Positions 51,194 through 62,598 of a stretch of 64,000 nucleotides of DNA are shown one piece after another; the stretch's first letter is position 1; each line of letters starts with the position of its first letter. This stretch comes from Eutreptiella sp. 'Long Island Sound 2002'. Its lineage: Eukaryota; Protista; Euglenida. The notes beneath the pieces were generated by a model. It was not told where the DNA came from, did no database searches, and was given only the letters and a program-made list of their open reading frames with translations. The position numbers and the translations under genes were made by a program. The stretch spans positions 54,436,001 to 54,500,000 of the forward strand of contig OZ038378.1 of NCBI GenBank assembly GCA_964036045.1. Reading direction: 5' to 3'.

Positions 51194-53051
51194 CCGTTAT
51201 GCAGTACACTAACCCACCGCGCACCAACTCCTGTTGAAACACCAAACTCGGCTCCGTAGTAGAAATAGTCATGCACGCATTGCTGCATGGGCCACAGCAT
51301 TTTCCGGGCAATCCCACCTTACGCTAAGGAGCACAGATGAGGATTGCGCATAGCCTCTACACAATGAATGAGGGTGTTTTCATGGAATGAGGCAATGGTC
51401 ACTTGCTGTGGTTTGTGCACAGTATGCACCTACCATATGGGGAAGGCACCTCCCATTATGTGCAACTCCCACGCGTCACGCAACTTGGACAGTACCCTCT
51501 TCAACCCCCAAACCTAATGTAGGTCAGCGGCCTATACACTGAAGCTACCCCCGATGAGTAGGCACCCTTGACACTGCTAGACATCCCCAAACAACAAAGC
51601 AACAGAAATTGTGTTAGCTCAAATCTTGCCATACCACAGCCATGAGGTTGTCATGCATCACATGGTGAAAATGTGATGCCTTGGCGATACCTAGATTGCA
51701 CCATGTTTTGTCGTGAAAACCAATGCTCCACACGAGGTCTGCGCAACGCTTCTGTTCATTTTGACCAACCATTTGGTGGCTTGTCTGATGGCCTAGATGT
51801 TACGCTTGACCGAAGAACGTGATATGGCTTTCACTTGGACTAGTCTCGCGGGTTGCTTGACCAATTTTAATTTGACGTGCATGGTTGTCACAAGAGGCAT
51901 GTGCAAAATGGCGGTGGCAACATATCAACCCCCTAAGCCGTTTAGAGATGCGCACCACATGTGCACATGTTTTTCTCCCGAGGGCACCGCTGTGCTTTCC
52001 CACGGATGCTTGCGCTAACCCACTACCTCACCTCCAAGAATTCTCTAACGAACAATGCAGAGTACCCAGGTTGCAAATTATTTAGTCCTACATGATACAA
52101 CCATGTAATTGCTGCACAAGAGCCTGTTAGACTTGCTTTTCCTTGATTGATTTCAGTCGCTCGGACCACATGTAGGGGTCTATTCTAGTGCAATGCTTTG
52201 CCAAATCAACCGAACTGTGTTGCCATCGGTGGACATGGCATTCTACACAGAAAGGGTATTTTGCATCGTATGTTACGTCGTGTTCGTTGACCGCGGTCGA
52301 TGCTCATTGGGTACCACATCAAGGGGTGTTGCCCGTTGCAGTGAAGTGCGAGGAATCCGCGGAAAGGCATGAAGACTGCACCATCTCATTCATGAATGAG
52401 TCCATCCATGTTGTCGACAGTTCCTTGGGAGGAGCAAGGTTGTTAGGCGGTCCTGCACAACAAGTACACGGTCTGTATCATGAACGATGCTACCCCACTC
52501 TGCGAACAAAGACAAGGCCTGTTCCATGGCAGCATCTCTTGCTTAAGTGCGTTTGATACCATTTGGTAACTTGGCGTCCAGCACATCCAAGCAATGGGAC
52601 AGTGTGCCTTTTGTGGAGTCCCGCAGCTTGCCACTGTGTGCAGCCATTACCAACTTCGCTTGCCTCCTTGCCACAACACGCTTCTTGGCTAGCTTACGTG
52701 GTGTAAGCGATTCGGCGGTGTTTTTGTTTTCGACATCCTTACATGCATCACCTGCAACGTAGACATCCACCTCATTGCAAAATTGTGAATCTGCGGAAAA
52801 GCATGCATCGCAAACCAAACATGTGTTGCACCGGATGCGAAGACATTGCTTGCATGTGGCACACACCATGTGACGAAGTCATGGTTGCCAGTGTGTATGT
52901 CAAGGGTACCGTCTACTACAAGAACTGTGACAGTGTCTACCTTGTGTCGTTCCCCGGCCTTTCCAAACAGCGGCTTAATGGTCAACAGTGTCTGCATCCC
53001 CCCATAAGACGACAGCATGTCAACATCGGTATCAACCGCTGCATTGCCTTG
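51194..53051 (+). repeat. Segmental duplication copy 2 (1858 bp)
   Basis: Matches 38387-40258 apart from a 14-bp deletion (CTAGACATGGCATT) and about 17 substitutions noticed by eye. Confidence 0.97.
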
Positions 53052-53959
53052 GTGGCAGTGTCAAGACCCCCCTCAAAAGTGTGCAATCACACAGCATGGA
53101 ACCAAGCAGCACCCTATTCATAGTGATGCTCGTTTCTCCACAATACATAAGGGACATGTAAGAGCCAATGTGGAGAGGGAACCTGCGACACTCGGCTCTT
53201 TGAAGTTGCGCGGTTCTCACACCGTTGCCTATCTGCGGCATGTTTCTTTTGTTCTTTTGGCGAAAGGGTACATGAGTTTCGCGATGACACCTTGTTGATA
53301 GACCGATGCCTATGAGTAGAAACCATTGTGATGTACCGTGAGAGGTGGGGCATTCAAGTTGGGGAGTTCGGACAATCAATGTGCACATATTTGAAAGAGG
53401 ACACCCCGGGTGACTGGCCCTGGGAAGTTAGCCAGATCACGATGGGAGGTTGCGAAACGACATTGGTGCTAGTGTGGTGGTGCTCGCACAAACAGAGAAC
53501 CAATTGTGACATCGTCGTTTGCGATGCACACACCGTTCACATCTGCTAAGATGTTGCGTCTACTGTGCATGGGTGTGAAAATATGGAGGAGCATTGCGAA
53601 ATTGCATCCGTGATTGTCATTGCTGAGGCTCAGCGCAATCGTCACGGGAGTGGAGGCCGTTTGCATGGTGCAGTCTTTGATCATTCGTTGCAGGTAGCCC
53701 CTTGGAGCATATTGCATAGCGTTGTGGGCGTTTTCCCAAACACAACACAGGCTGTGAGGCCCTGTAAGTAGGGACCCTTGTAGCTAAGGGTAGCGGGATG
53801 TAGGGCCACACCACTACAACGGATATAGGTCGCACAGGGCTAGTAGGCAAACCCGTTGCTGCAAACCCCTAGTGACCATGGTGCACCATGTAGCAAGGGT
53901 GATTAGTGCCACGTTGGATCACATGGAGAACCATCTAATAGCCATGTAACGAGGTGACG

Positions 53960-55178
53960 AGACCATATCAGTATACATTTGATTCGTTCTTATATTCTGC
54001 TATGTTCTCCACAGCTCGGCACACACGGGGCCACGTACGGGTGGAAATAGGGTATGAGTGTAGCAGTCGCGGAGGTAGGAGGTCATGACGACAACTGGGG
54101 AATGGTGTCACACGTGATGGTGCAACGCATGATGCATCGCAGCAACGTGTTGTGTTGCACACGGCGACATGGCATGTGACATGTGTATGGCAGGGGGAGG
54201 GGTGGTTTGTGGTGGTATACACATGTGGTGATTGGTGTAACCTCCCAACGTGAGAATGATTCCCTCCAAGGCGTGGCATTCCTATTATATATGGGGGATT
54301 GTGGGCCACTTTGCGGAGCACCACACCTGCTCTGAGGCATGGCCAATCCCCGTCGGCAGAACTGGTGTTGGCTTGGCACCACATTGCAAAGCTTGCTTGT
54401 GGCATTCAATGAGCGTGGAGCACAAGAGCCGCTTTACGCGGATGATATTGCTACTTTGCGTATATTGTGGTAGTTTCTCCTGGCCTGTAAGGAAGCCATG
54501 TGTACGATGCACAAGGTATCTTTGACCGTTTGGCTAAGGTGGGTTGCAAGCCTTGGTCGTATGCCACTGTAGCGGGCATTGCAAGTCCAAACCACGAACA
54601 CCGAAATCTCAATAGCAACAATAGTGCGAGATGATTTAGTCTTAGAAACACATGGTGCCCACGGGAGTAGCCTTTCATATCACCGGTTGCGGCAACGGTA
54701 TCCACGGCGTAACGTCAAATTTTTGTGGTATGAGGAGGGAAAGTATGGCATCATAGGTGTTGCATGTCACAAATCAGCAACAAAGTATGCAAGCACACAT
54801 TACACGGGGGATGAAAAGACGATCATTTGGCCTTACTTTTGCCCCTAGTTCCTTGTGCAGGGGGAGGGGATTTGTGACGGGAACTATTACAAACATTTTT
54901 CGTGTTGAATGAGGGAGTTGCACTACATGTCACCAATTAGCAAAGTGTACAAGTTGGTTGTTGATCATGAATTCGTGGATATCGTTAGCTACCAGTGGTC
55001 TTTACATGCCATGGTTTTGCACATTGGGGCAACAAGAAATCGGAGTCCATTTGTGGCCTACAATCATTTTGCAGACGAGTTGTGGCTCTTTGATGACAGA
55101 AGGGTGGAACAACATTGCCCCATCCCCTCCCCCTGCCCCGACGGCGATTTTTGTGCTGTACAGGCGCATGCCAACTAA
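53960..55178 (+). pseudogene. Possible decayed ubiquitin-specific protease (C19) domain
   Basis: SYQWSLHAMVLHIGATRNRSPFVAY...ELWLFDDRRVEQ (54987-55112) matches the USP His-box Y.L.AV..H.G....GHY.AY...W..FDD..V, with GHY decayed; possible Cys-box remnant QYTFDSFLYSAMF near 53970. Confidence 0.45.
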
Positions 55179-56899
55179 TCAGCAGGTGCCGTGCATGTCA
55201 CCATTGGCTTTACAGACTCCAAGGGCTCCGCCCCGTAGTACCAATAGGCATGCCTAGAGCATGCTGGTAACACATGTGTGCCACGCATGGCGTTGCTACT
55301 AGGTGATCCCAAACAAACTGCAACCACTTTGGCGCATATTGGCCCCAATCTGAACATGCATGCCCAAAGAATGCTAAGTGACACTTGTGTGCCACATCTG
55401 GCACTTCCAACAAGTGATCTTGTGACACCTAAAGAAAAAACATACATTTCGCGGCCAATGGGTCCCGACCTTAATAGGCATGCTGAGCATGCCGAGTGAC
55501 ACTTGTGTACAAGCCCTGGCGTTGTCGCCTCATGTTTGAACCGATCGCCATGATATCATGGCTCTTGGTACGGCAGGTCCATCTACAGATTTCGTGTAGG
55601 TTGTTGCACAGGTGTTCCAAAAATGCAAGGTGCGACTAGTACGGCACTTGCGTGTACGGGTGGAGGCACATCAGATGTATCCTAGGGCAAGCCGTGAAAA
55701 GGAGTGGGATGAATGGTATGCAGCACGTGGTATGTCATAGGCCACAGAGGTGCAATCAGCGGAGAACAATAATCCTTCTTGAGGAAGCTTACTTGGTCCA
55801 AGAGGTTGTATGCATCACACCACATACTTAGTTCAATGGTTCGGCATGCAACTGCCTGGCCCTCAAGTAGTTACATCTGCTTCTACATCAGCGGCCAGGG
55901 CAGAGAGTGTTGCAATACCCTTTCCTCACCGGGCGTTAGGTCGCTTGTGCGTGACACCCGTGACGACGCGGCCAAGTGGCCCACAACAACGTCCTGTGCC
56001 TCATCCTCCTGGAGCACAAACGGCAATGCCCATTCGGTGAAGGCAGGGATGGGGACCCGCTGGTGTTTGGGAACAACAACCTAGTCCTCAAGGTGATTGA
56101 GTGGCAATGAAACTTTCTCAAACCTACGGTTTGCCATGATCTGTTCCCATTTCAATACCTGGTGACTTGGGGCACAGGCATCCTCCCATGGGGCACGTGC
56201 CTTCTAGGACTTCTTGCAAGGCTTCCAAATGCTGTGCCCCACTACCCCCTCCCCCACCGCGTTTGTAAGCGGTAGATGGTCTGAGCGTACCGTGATAACA
56301 ATAGTTCCAACCTCCAACATCAGCACAACCAACTCGATGGTATCAAGGTTGGTCACCCAAGGCACCTTCCCCTTGGTCAGCCTTAAGTGTGCTCATCCAT
56401 GCTAGAAGGGTGGGATGCCGATGTCATTTGCTGAAGCAACCACGCGGGTGAAGCCCAGAGTGCGCTTGCCGATTAGTGTGTTTGCCCGGCAAACTACAAT
56501 CATGTTCCTTGGATCATGAGACACAATGAAGCAAGAAACACTAGGCCATGTAGCCCTTGGAATTTGTCAAGCGTGGAAACACCTTGGCACATAGCATAAT
56601 GCCCAAAACGTACATGCTTGCTCACATAGTTGATGCAACACCTGAGGCACACGATTCGTGCTTAGTGCGCGGTCACGAGTCCAACACAACGCCCCGCGAA
56701 TCTCCCTTTCAACGTTGGCAATTCCAGCAATAGCAGACAAGCAATGCCTCATCCGCATCGATGTTGCCACTAGACGACAAGATCTCATCAAAACCTTGGG
56801 TGCTCCATGCGTTTCTCGCCCGTTGGGAGAGTTGGACAACACAGCCCGCCCTCACCACCCGACTCAAGCTCTTCCCGCTAATGGGAGGGTATCATTGTC

Positions 56900-57318
56900 C
56901 ACGATGTAGATCACATCTCCGATCATTGGTTGTAGGGAGGGGGTTGGTGGTTGGCCGGTAACAATATATTCACCCGCGAGCGCACAGCGCACAGACACCA
57001 ACCGCCATCGGCGGGTTCATGCAATGCTGCTCTGCCAACACACTAGCATGGCACCGTGTGGTAGAGGAAGAAATGCAAAGTGTTGGTCGTGTAGAAGAGG
57101 ATGGATTCATGGAACTGCACATGGCAGAGATCTACCATTTGCACGATGCTATCAACAAAAAATGCATTTGCTAGCCATGTGATATCCATGGTGTTCAAAT
57201 CTTTGTTGAGCTTTCGAAAGACCAGTAGATGGAGGTGCATGGGTGATTGTAGCTCACCAAGGTCCCAAGCAAACAAGCTTTGACTCCCCTTGGTAGCCAA
57301 GTCTAAGCCGATAGACAT
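56900..57318 (-). pseudogene. Possible decayed Ulp1/C48 peptidase fragment
   Basis: ITWLANAFFVDSIV..VQFHESILFY, P.DGGWCLCAV and PLPTTNDRRCDLH occur in the order of the Ulp1 WLND, HW.L and Q.N..DCG motifs; catalytic residues altered. Confidence 0.3.
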
Positions 57319-60300
57319 GTTGTGCCTCGATGCGCAATCAACTAAGGTGAAGGCAAACTAGGTTCGTGGCTACCCTGTGGTAACAAGAAGCATCTTGCGT
57401 CCATTAGCAACAATCCGTGCGGTGGCAAAGAGCACACAGCTACTGAAGAGAGCAGAGGTAATGGTGGCCTTACACTGAGGTGTCACCCCCAAAGTCTACC
57501 CCGCCTTATCCTCGCCAAAAAAGCAGAGTGCTGGCGGGTGGTTGCCTGCTAGGCGCGCAAGGTTACCCAACATAATACTCACATAACACCTCATGAGCCA
57601 TGCACTTGGTTAGGGTCTTCATGCACATGTTGCAGCACGTTGTCAACCTTCGCTGGGTGGGTGTAGTCACTAGTAGGCATTCGCAGAAGTTGTGGTCCTA
57701 CAATGGCCCCCCCACCCTCTAGCCCACATTAATGATAGCTACCTTGGTAGGGTCCGGGTATTTATGGGGGGGGGGGGGCGTACCCTTTCCACGATAGGAA
57801 AGCTTTGCTGCATACCAGGAAAGTCATAGTCTTCCGATTCCTAGCATTGCCATTACAGCTTGTGATGCCTCAATCATCTAGTACTCGGCACACTGGCAAA
57901 CCTGGTGACAAATGTTCGGTGTGACGTTGGAGCGGGTGGCGAATGATCGGTTCCTATAGGTCAAGAAGTGCATGGTGGTCCATAGATTTTCAGCGAACGT
58001 CTAACATCAATTTTGGCAGCGCATCACCCTTTTAAATTTCATGCTACAAACTACGATAAGCAGATGGGTCTGGGACAACAATACACCAATAGTTACCGTG
58101 CACATTTGTTTGGGATTTGTGGCAGCATTGATCCAAGCAGTGTGAACACAAATGCCATCACCATGCAGCTTTGGGACAAGGTCTAGCCTTGAGTGGGAGT
58201 GGATTGGTGCATCTCCCATGCATCAGCCACACACCATATAGTCGCCCCACACTTCTCACCCACTCGGTGCCACTAAGCAGCACGATTCAGTTTGGCCCAG
58301 CCCTCGTGCCCGCTGACCGAAGCTCTTCTCACCCACTGCATGCCACCAAGCCGCAACAGTGGGTTCCAACCCAGGCCCTCTTGCCCGGCAACCGAACCTC
58401 ATCCTCCCATCGCGTGCCACTGAGGCGCCCTCAGTTAGTCCTTGCTTGGGTTCTAGCGCTGGTTCACTCGGATGGTATACCCCTAAAAGCTCCACCTAAA
58501 GTAGCCCCAAAAACGAGCCCTCTGGCACAGTGCACCCATGACTATCAATGTGATTCCAACCGTTTGTCAACATTTGCTCAACTATAGATTGAGCAAGAAG
58601 CCCTATTGACCAATGCATCCGAGGTCTTCACCGTTCATGAAATGGTTGTCGCCAAGAAATGGGCATGGGCCAATGGTATGCAAAACCAGTTGCACCGCCG
58701 GGTGGCTTGGTAGGGCACTGAGAAGCCCGATTGGACAACGGTGACAATCATGGAATGGTCCAGTGAGGTGGAAACATCGTTCGACAGGTGCGAGGTCCTA
58801 GATCGGAAAAGGCTGTTGCGGCTCGGTGGCACGTAGCGCAGATCGTGAACTTTGGTTGATGGGCACTACAGCAGAGAACGGAATTAACTCCTGCGGGTCG
58901 AAGGCCAGCATGGTGAATGACGGGGTGAGGTTTGTGAATGCCTAAGGTCACCAAAACCACGGTTCCATCCACAGACAAAAAGCTATAGTTGAGTGGTTGT
59001 GGGTTCGAGTAAAATAGTCTGCCATTGAGTGCAAAACCACGACTTGTGCATGTGGAGAGGAAGGGCAAGTAGGCGAAAGAACAACCCTGTCATGCAATAC
59101 ATTTGCAACACTCTAATTTACTTTCCCTTTCGAAGGCCTTCCGTCTGTTTCATGATGGGGTCCCGGCACAGGGGGGAGGAAGGGGTGATAAGTGGGGGAC
59201 ATGACAGTCCCACAAGCAAAAGAACAAACGTGGCAAGACACATATGTACATTTTCCGCTAGTCCGATCTACTTTCCTTCTCCGATCCTCTTAGTCGATTT
59301 CACCATGGTTTCCTAGCCCCAGGGGACGGGGGGTTCGGGAAAAGGCCTATAGCAAAAATAGGTCGAAATGCACACCAAACGGAAACAAGAATTCGGGAAC
59401 GAAACAACGCATAGCAACATCTTAGATATGTTCTTGTTGCTGACGAAAGCCAAGCGCACCCTTCAAAGACTTTACAGCACAAATCCATGAACGCAATGTG
59501 CTCTGGACATGGACCAGCTTCATCCCAACAAAGAGGACACCTAAGCACCCCGGACGGATGGCTTGTGAGGAGGATACATATGTTGTCCATGATCGCTGCA
59601 AGACATCAACTAGAAAAAAAAGATAGTTTTCGTAGTGGGCAAAACAATTGAGCCAAAGAAAGTGCTGCCAGCAAGCGTAGGAGCCTCAAGGCACAAATCC
59701 AACAAGAACACAGTGTTTGGCCAAGGTATGTGGACTAGCGTTGTGCCATTGATTCATCGTTAAAGGGTTGCGTGAAACACATCTACTTGAATAATAATAT
59801 TCGTAACGAAAGCCGCTTTTGTGACCATGAGGATATAATCCCCAAATGATTACCACAGTAGGTTGCATTTGGTGGGTGGGAGGTAATTTTGGGTTTGGGG
59901 CGCGCACAAAAGTCCGAAAGAGTGGCATAGAGGGGTTGGCAGGCAAAGGAACATGAATGTAGAAGGTTGAGGCGTGGAAATCATTGGGGGTTGACGTGTT
60001 TTCCTTCTTTTTCAAGAAAGGGAGGGGGGGGGGGCACACAAAGTTTCCTTTTGGTGGGGGGGGTCCCATTTTGTTTCGGGGGGGCGGGGGATGTCTGATG
60101 CGGATGGTGGTGCTATCCAGATTACCACAACGTCGGAGGTTTTCCAAAAAGGAGGGGCGGGGGTGGTGGCATGGAGGTTATGAGGGTCACTAAGCCTTTT
60201 ATTTTTTTGAAAAAGGGCACTCAGTGTTTTGGAGAGGGGCCACCTTCCCTTCGGGGGGAGGCTTCCACTAGAGGGTGTGTGATGTGGATTCGTGTTGTTA

Positions 60301-60739
60301 TGCCCCGGGGGGGCGGGGGGCAAGGGGTTGTGGTCCAATATGTCATAACAGAATATGCGTGGGGGTTAGAGGGGTTATGGTGGTCAAAAAAAGAGTGTCG
60401 GGTGATGTATGATGGCCAACCTGATTGCTATGCACCATGTTCATGAGTCATTGAAGATCGCAAAACTAGGCACCTCAAGTACCCGCTCCGTGCACCGCGC
60501 GCCTCGAAGGCAATGACATCAAACAATGCGCAGACCACAAGTAGCATAACGAAAGTGCAACCAAGTGAGCCAAAGTAGTGAATTCACTCGCCAAACAACC
60601 ATCGGGTGTCAACAACCAAAATTAAACAACGGTCGTCCGAAAGTGCCATCCAAGCTAAGTACCGTCGACACAGAATACACATAAAGAGTATCATTTTCAG
60701 TATAAACACACATGGTGAGGTGTTCTCCCACCCCCGTTG

Positions 60740-62130
60740 TGAGAGGCTCCCTAAATTTGAGGCGCCTAGAACAGCAACCAATTTGTATATATTGCCTTAT
60801 ACAATATAAATGGTCCATGGTCGGGACCTCTGAAACATTTCGGCCCTCCAGAGTGGGGGTGGGGGGGGGTGGGGGGGGGGGGTTCTGAGCTTGCACTTGG
60901 GTGCCCTCCGTGCGGGAATCGGGGTTCAGAAGACAAAGGTGCACAGAATGACTTGGTGAATCGGTGCTTGTTACGGCAACACAATTTCATTCCTTTTAAC
61001 ATCGTGGAACTTGCGCGTGAAGGGGGCCGAAACCAACGAGAGACAAACAATCTCACGTTTCAAGTAACGCTTTTGCGCCGTCACAATTTGCGGATGCACT
61101 TTCATGCGCATTCCAGCAAAACGACCCGTAAAATGTATGCCATCTCGGGGTGCGATCCCAACAGCACCTTCAAGCGTGCTCCCATGGGGCTTCACAAGAT
61201 CCGGCTCAATCGCATAAAAACTTTGTGGTGCAGTGTCCAATTGTCACAATACATGCGGCCGCCATTCATAGTAAAAGACGTTCATGATACAAAGATAGTG
61301 GGACACAATAACTAGAGTTATTTTGACCCAATCTCGGTAAACCAATCAATTGACATGCAGTAAGGAGGGATGAAAGGGCAAGAGATATGGTCAACGTCCA
61401 ACATTCTTGCGTTGGCCAAACGAACTACAGTGATGTCAATGGACCAAAATGTGATATTGGGTAATAAAATGACCCATAATTGGCCAAAGCGGCGTAGCAT
61501 TGTTGACTGTGGACCATATCGTCAGTTTCAAGGGGGTACGTGCCTAAGGTTGGCAGTATGTGATCAATGCCGGTAACAGTAATACTGCACCATTTGTGTT
61601 CGCCTTCAGCGGTACTTTGTGTGTGTGGATGTTTGGTGGGTGCAAGGCCTCACCATCGCATGAGTCAATAAATGTCGATGGCACGATTGCACACATGCCT
61701 AGGCGCCGCTACATGGGGCTGATCATGCCACCATCGTGGCAACGGTTAAAGTTCCGCGTTTGTATGGATCTTCCACTACCGTTGTTGTGGTGGTAGCGAG
61801 TTTGTTCCCCAATAATAGTGAACCGCATGGAGATGAGCTTTTAGGGGGCTCGTTCATGGACCCGTCTAGCACGGCTGCATCATTGAATGTACCTCACCTC
61901 TTCCAACATGAGCCCAATAACGCATGTGGTGTTTGTCTTGAATCAGCCGCCTTGGATTCTAAATGTATATTTTACATCCGGGGTAATCCGGGATCTTTTT
62001 ATGTACCTATGTGGACAACAACCCGTTATGTCAAGGATCCCACCGAAAGCAACATTACCATTGCGCGTCGCTTTCATTGGGTGCACATCACTGCTATGGT
62101 GGCGTAGTCACCGATCACTGCTCCCGTCAT
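60740..62130 (+). pseudogene. Decayed kelch-propeller plus PHD-like gene (RAG2-like architecture)
   Basis: Blade-like segments APRTATNLYILPYTI*MVHGRD, LRQHNFIPFNIVELAREGGRN..NNLTFQVTL, RMHFHAHSSKTTRKMYAISGCD..LHKIRL..W, IVGHNN*..DMQ*GG, W....AG..APFVFAFSGTLCVWMFGG, WQRLK..LPLPL..LLGG; then CGVC (61925), YVPMWTT (62000), HWVH (62075-62086), and CSRH (62119-62130) after a 1-nt shift. Confidence 0.5.
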
Positions 62131-62190
62131 CAACACTCGACAACAATGTACCCTTCGTGAACGGCCGTTAAGTGGCCGTTTGAATAATTG

Positions 62191-62488
62191 CGTGAATTTC
62201 ACGTGAATTTACCCAAATTTTGAGGTTTTTGGGGGGAAATGCCATATTCTTGGTTCATTTCAAGGGCTTTGAGGGGCCAAAATTCCTCCCCTAGCTTTGT
62301 TACGCATCATCCAATGAAAGTCCCGCCCCAAAAGCATGCATCATGACCGCACCGTGCCCAAAACGAGAGGTGCCGGAACCCGGCAAGCCTGTAGCCGATT
62401 CGCAGCCGTGAATTCACGCGAATTCGTACGAAATTCGCACGAATTTCGTACGAATTTCGTACGAATTTCACGTGAATTCACGTGATTT
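62191..62488. repeat. Palindromic 10-11-bp repeat arrays (GAA(T)TTC alternating with CGTACG/CACGTG)
   Basis: 62191-62210 and 62406-62488; perfect palindromes CGTGAATTCACG (62407-62418) and CACGTGAATTCACGTG (62469-62484). Confidence 0.85.
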
Positions 62489-62598
62489 TACACAAATGTT
62501 AACCGTGTGCACCCCCTGATTTGTACTCACACCCCTAGTAAGCCCCCCAGCATGCACCCTGGTCACGGGCAACAATGGTCTGGGTTCGTAAGGTCATC

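Noticed and set aside
59709-59715. RSS heptamer CACAGTG upstream of the kelch-like gene (also CACCGTG at 62350-62356)
   Set aside because: No nonamer at 12 or 23 spacing, and a 7-mer is expected several times by chance in 64 kb; cannot be called a TIR without the other end
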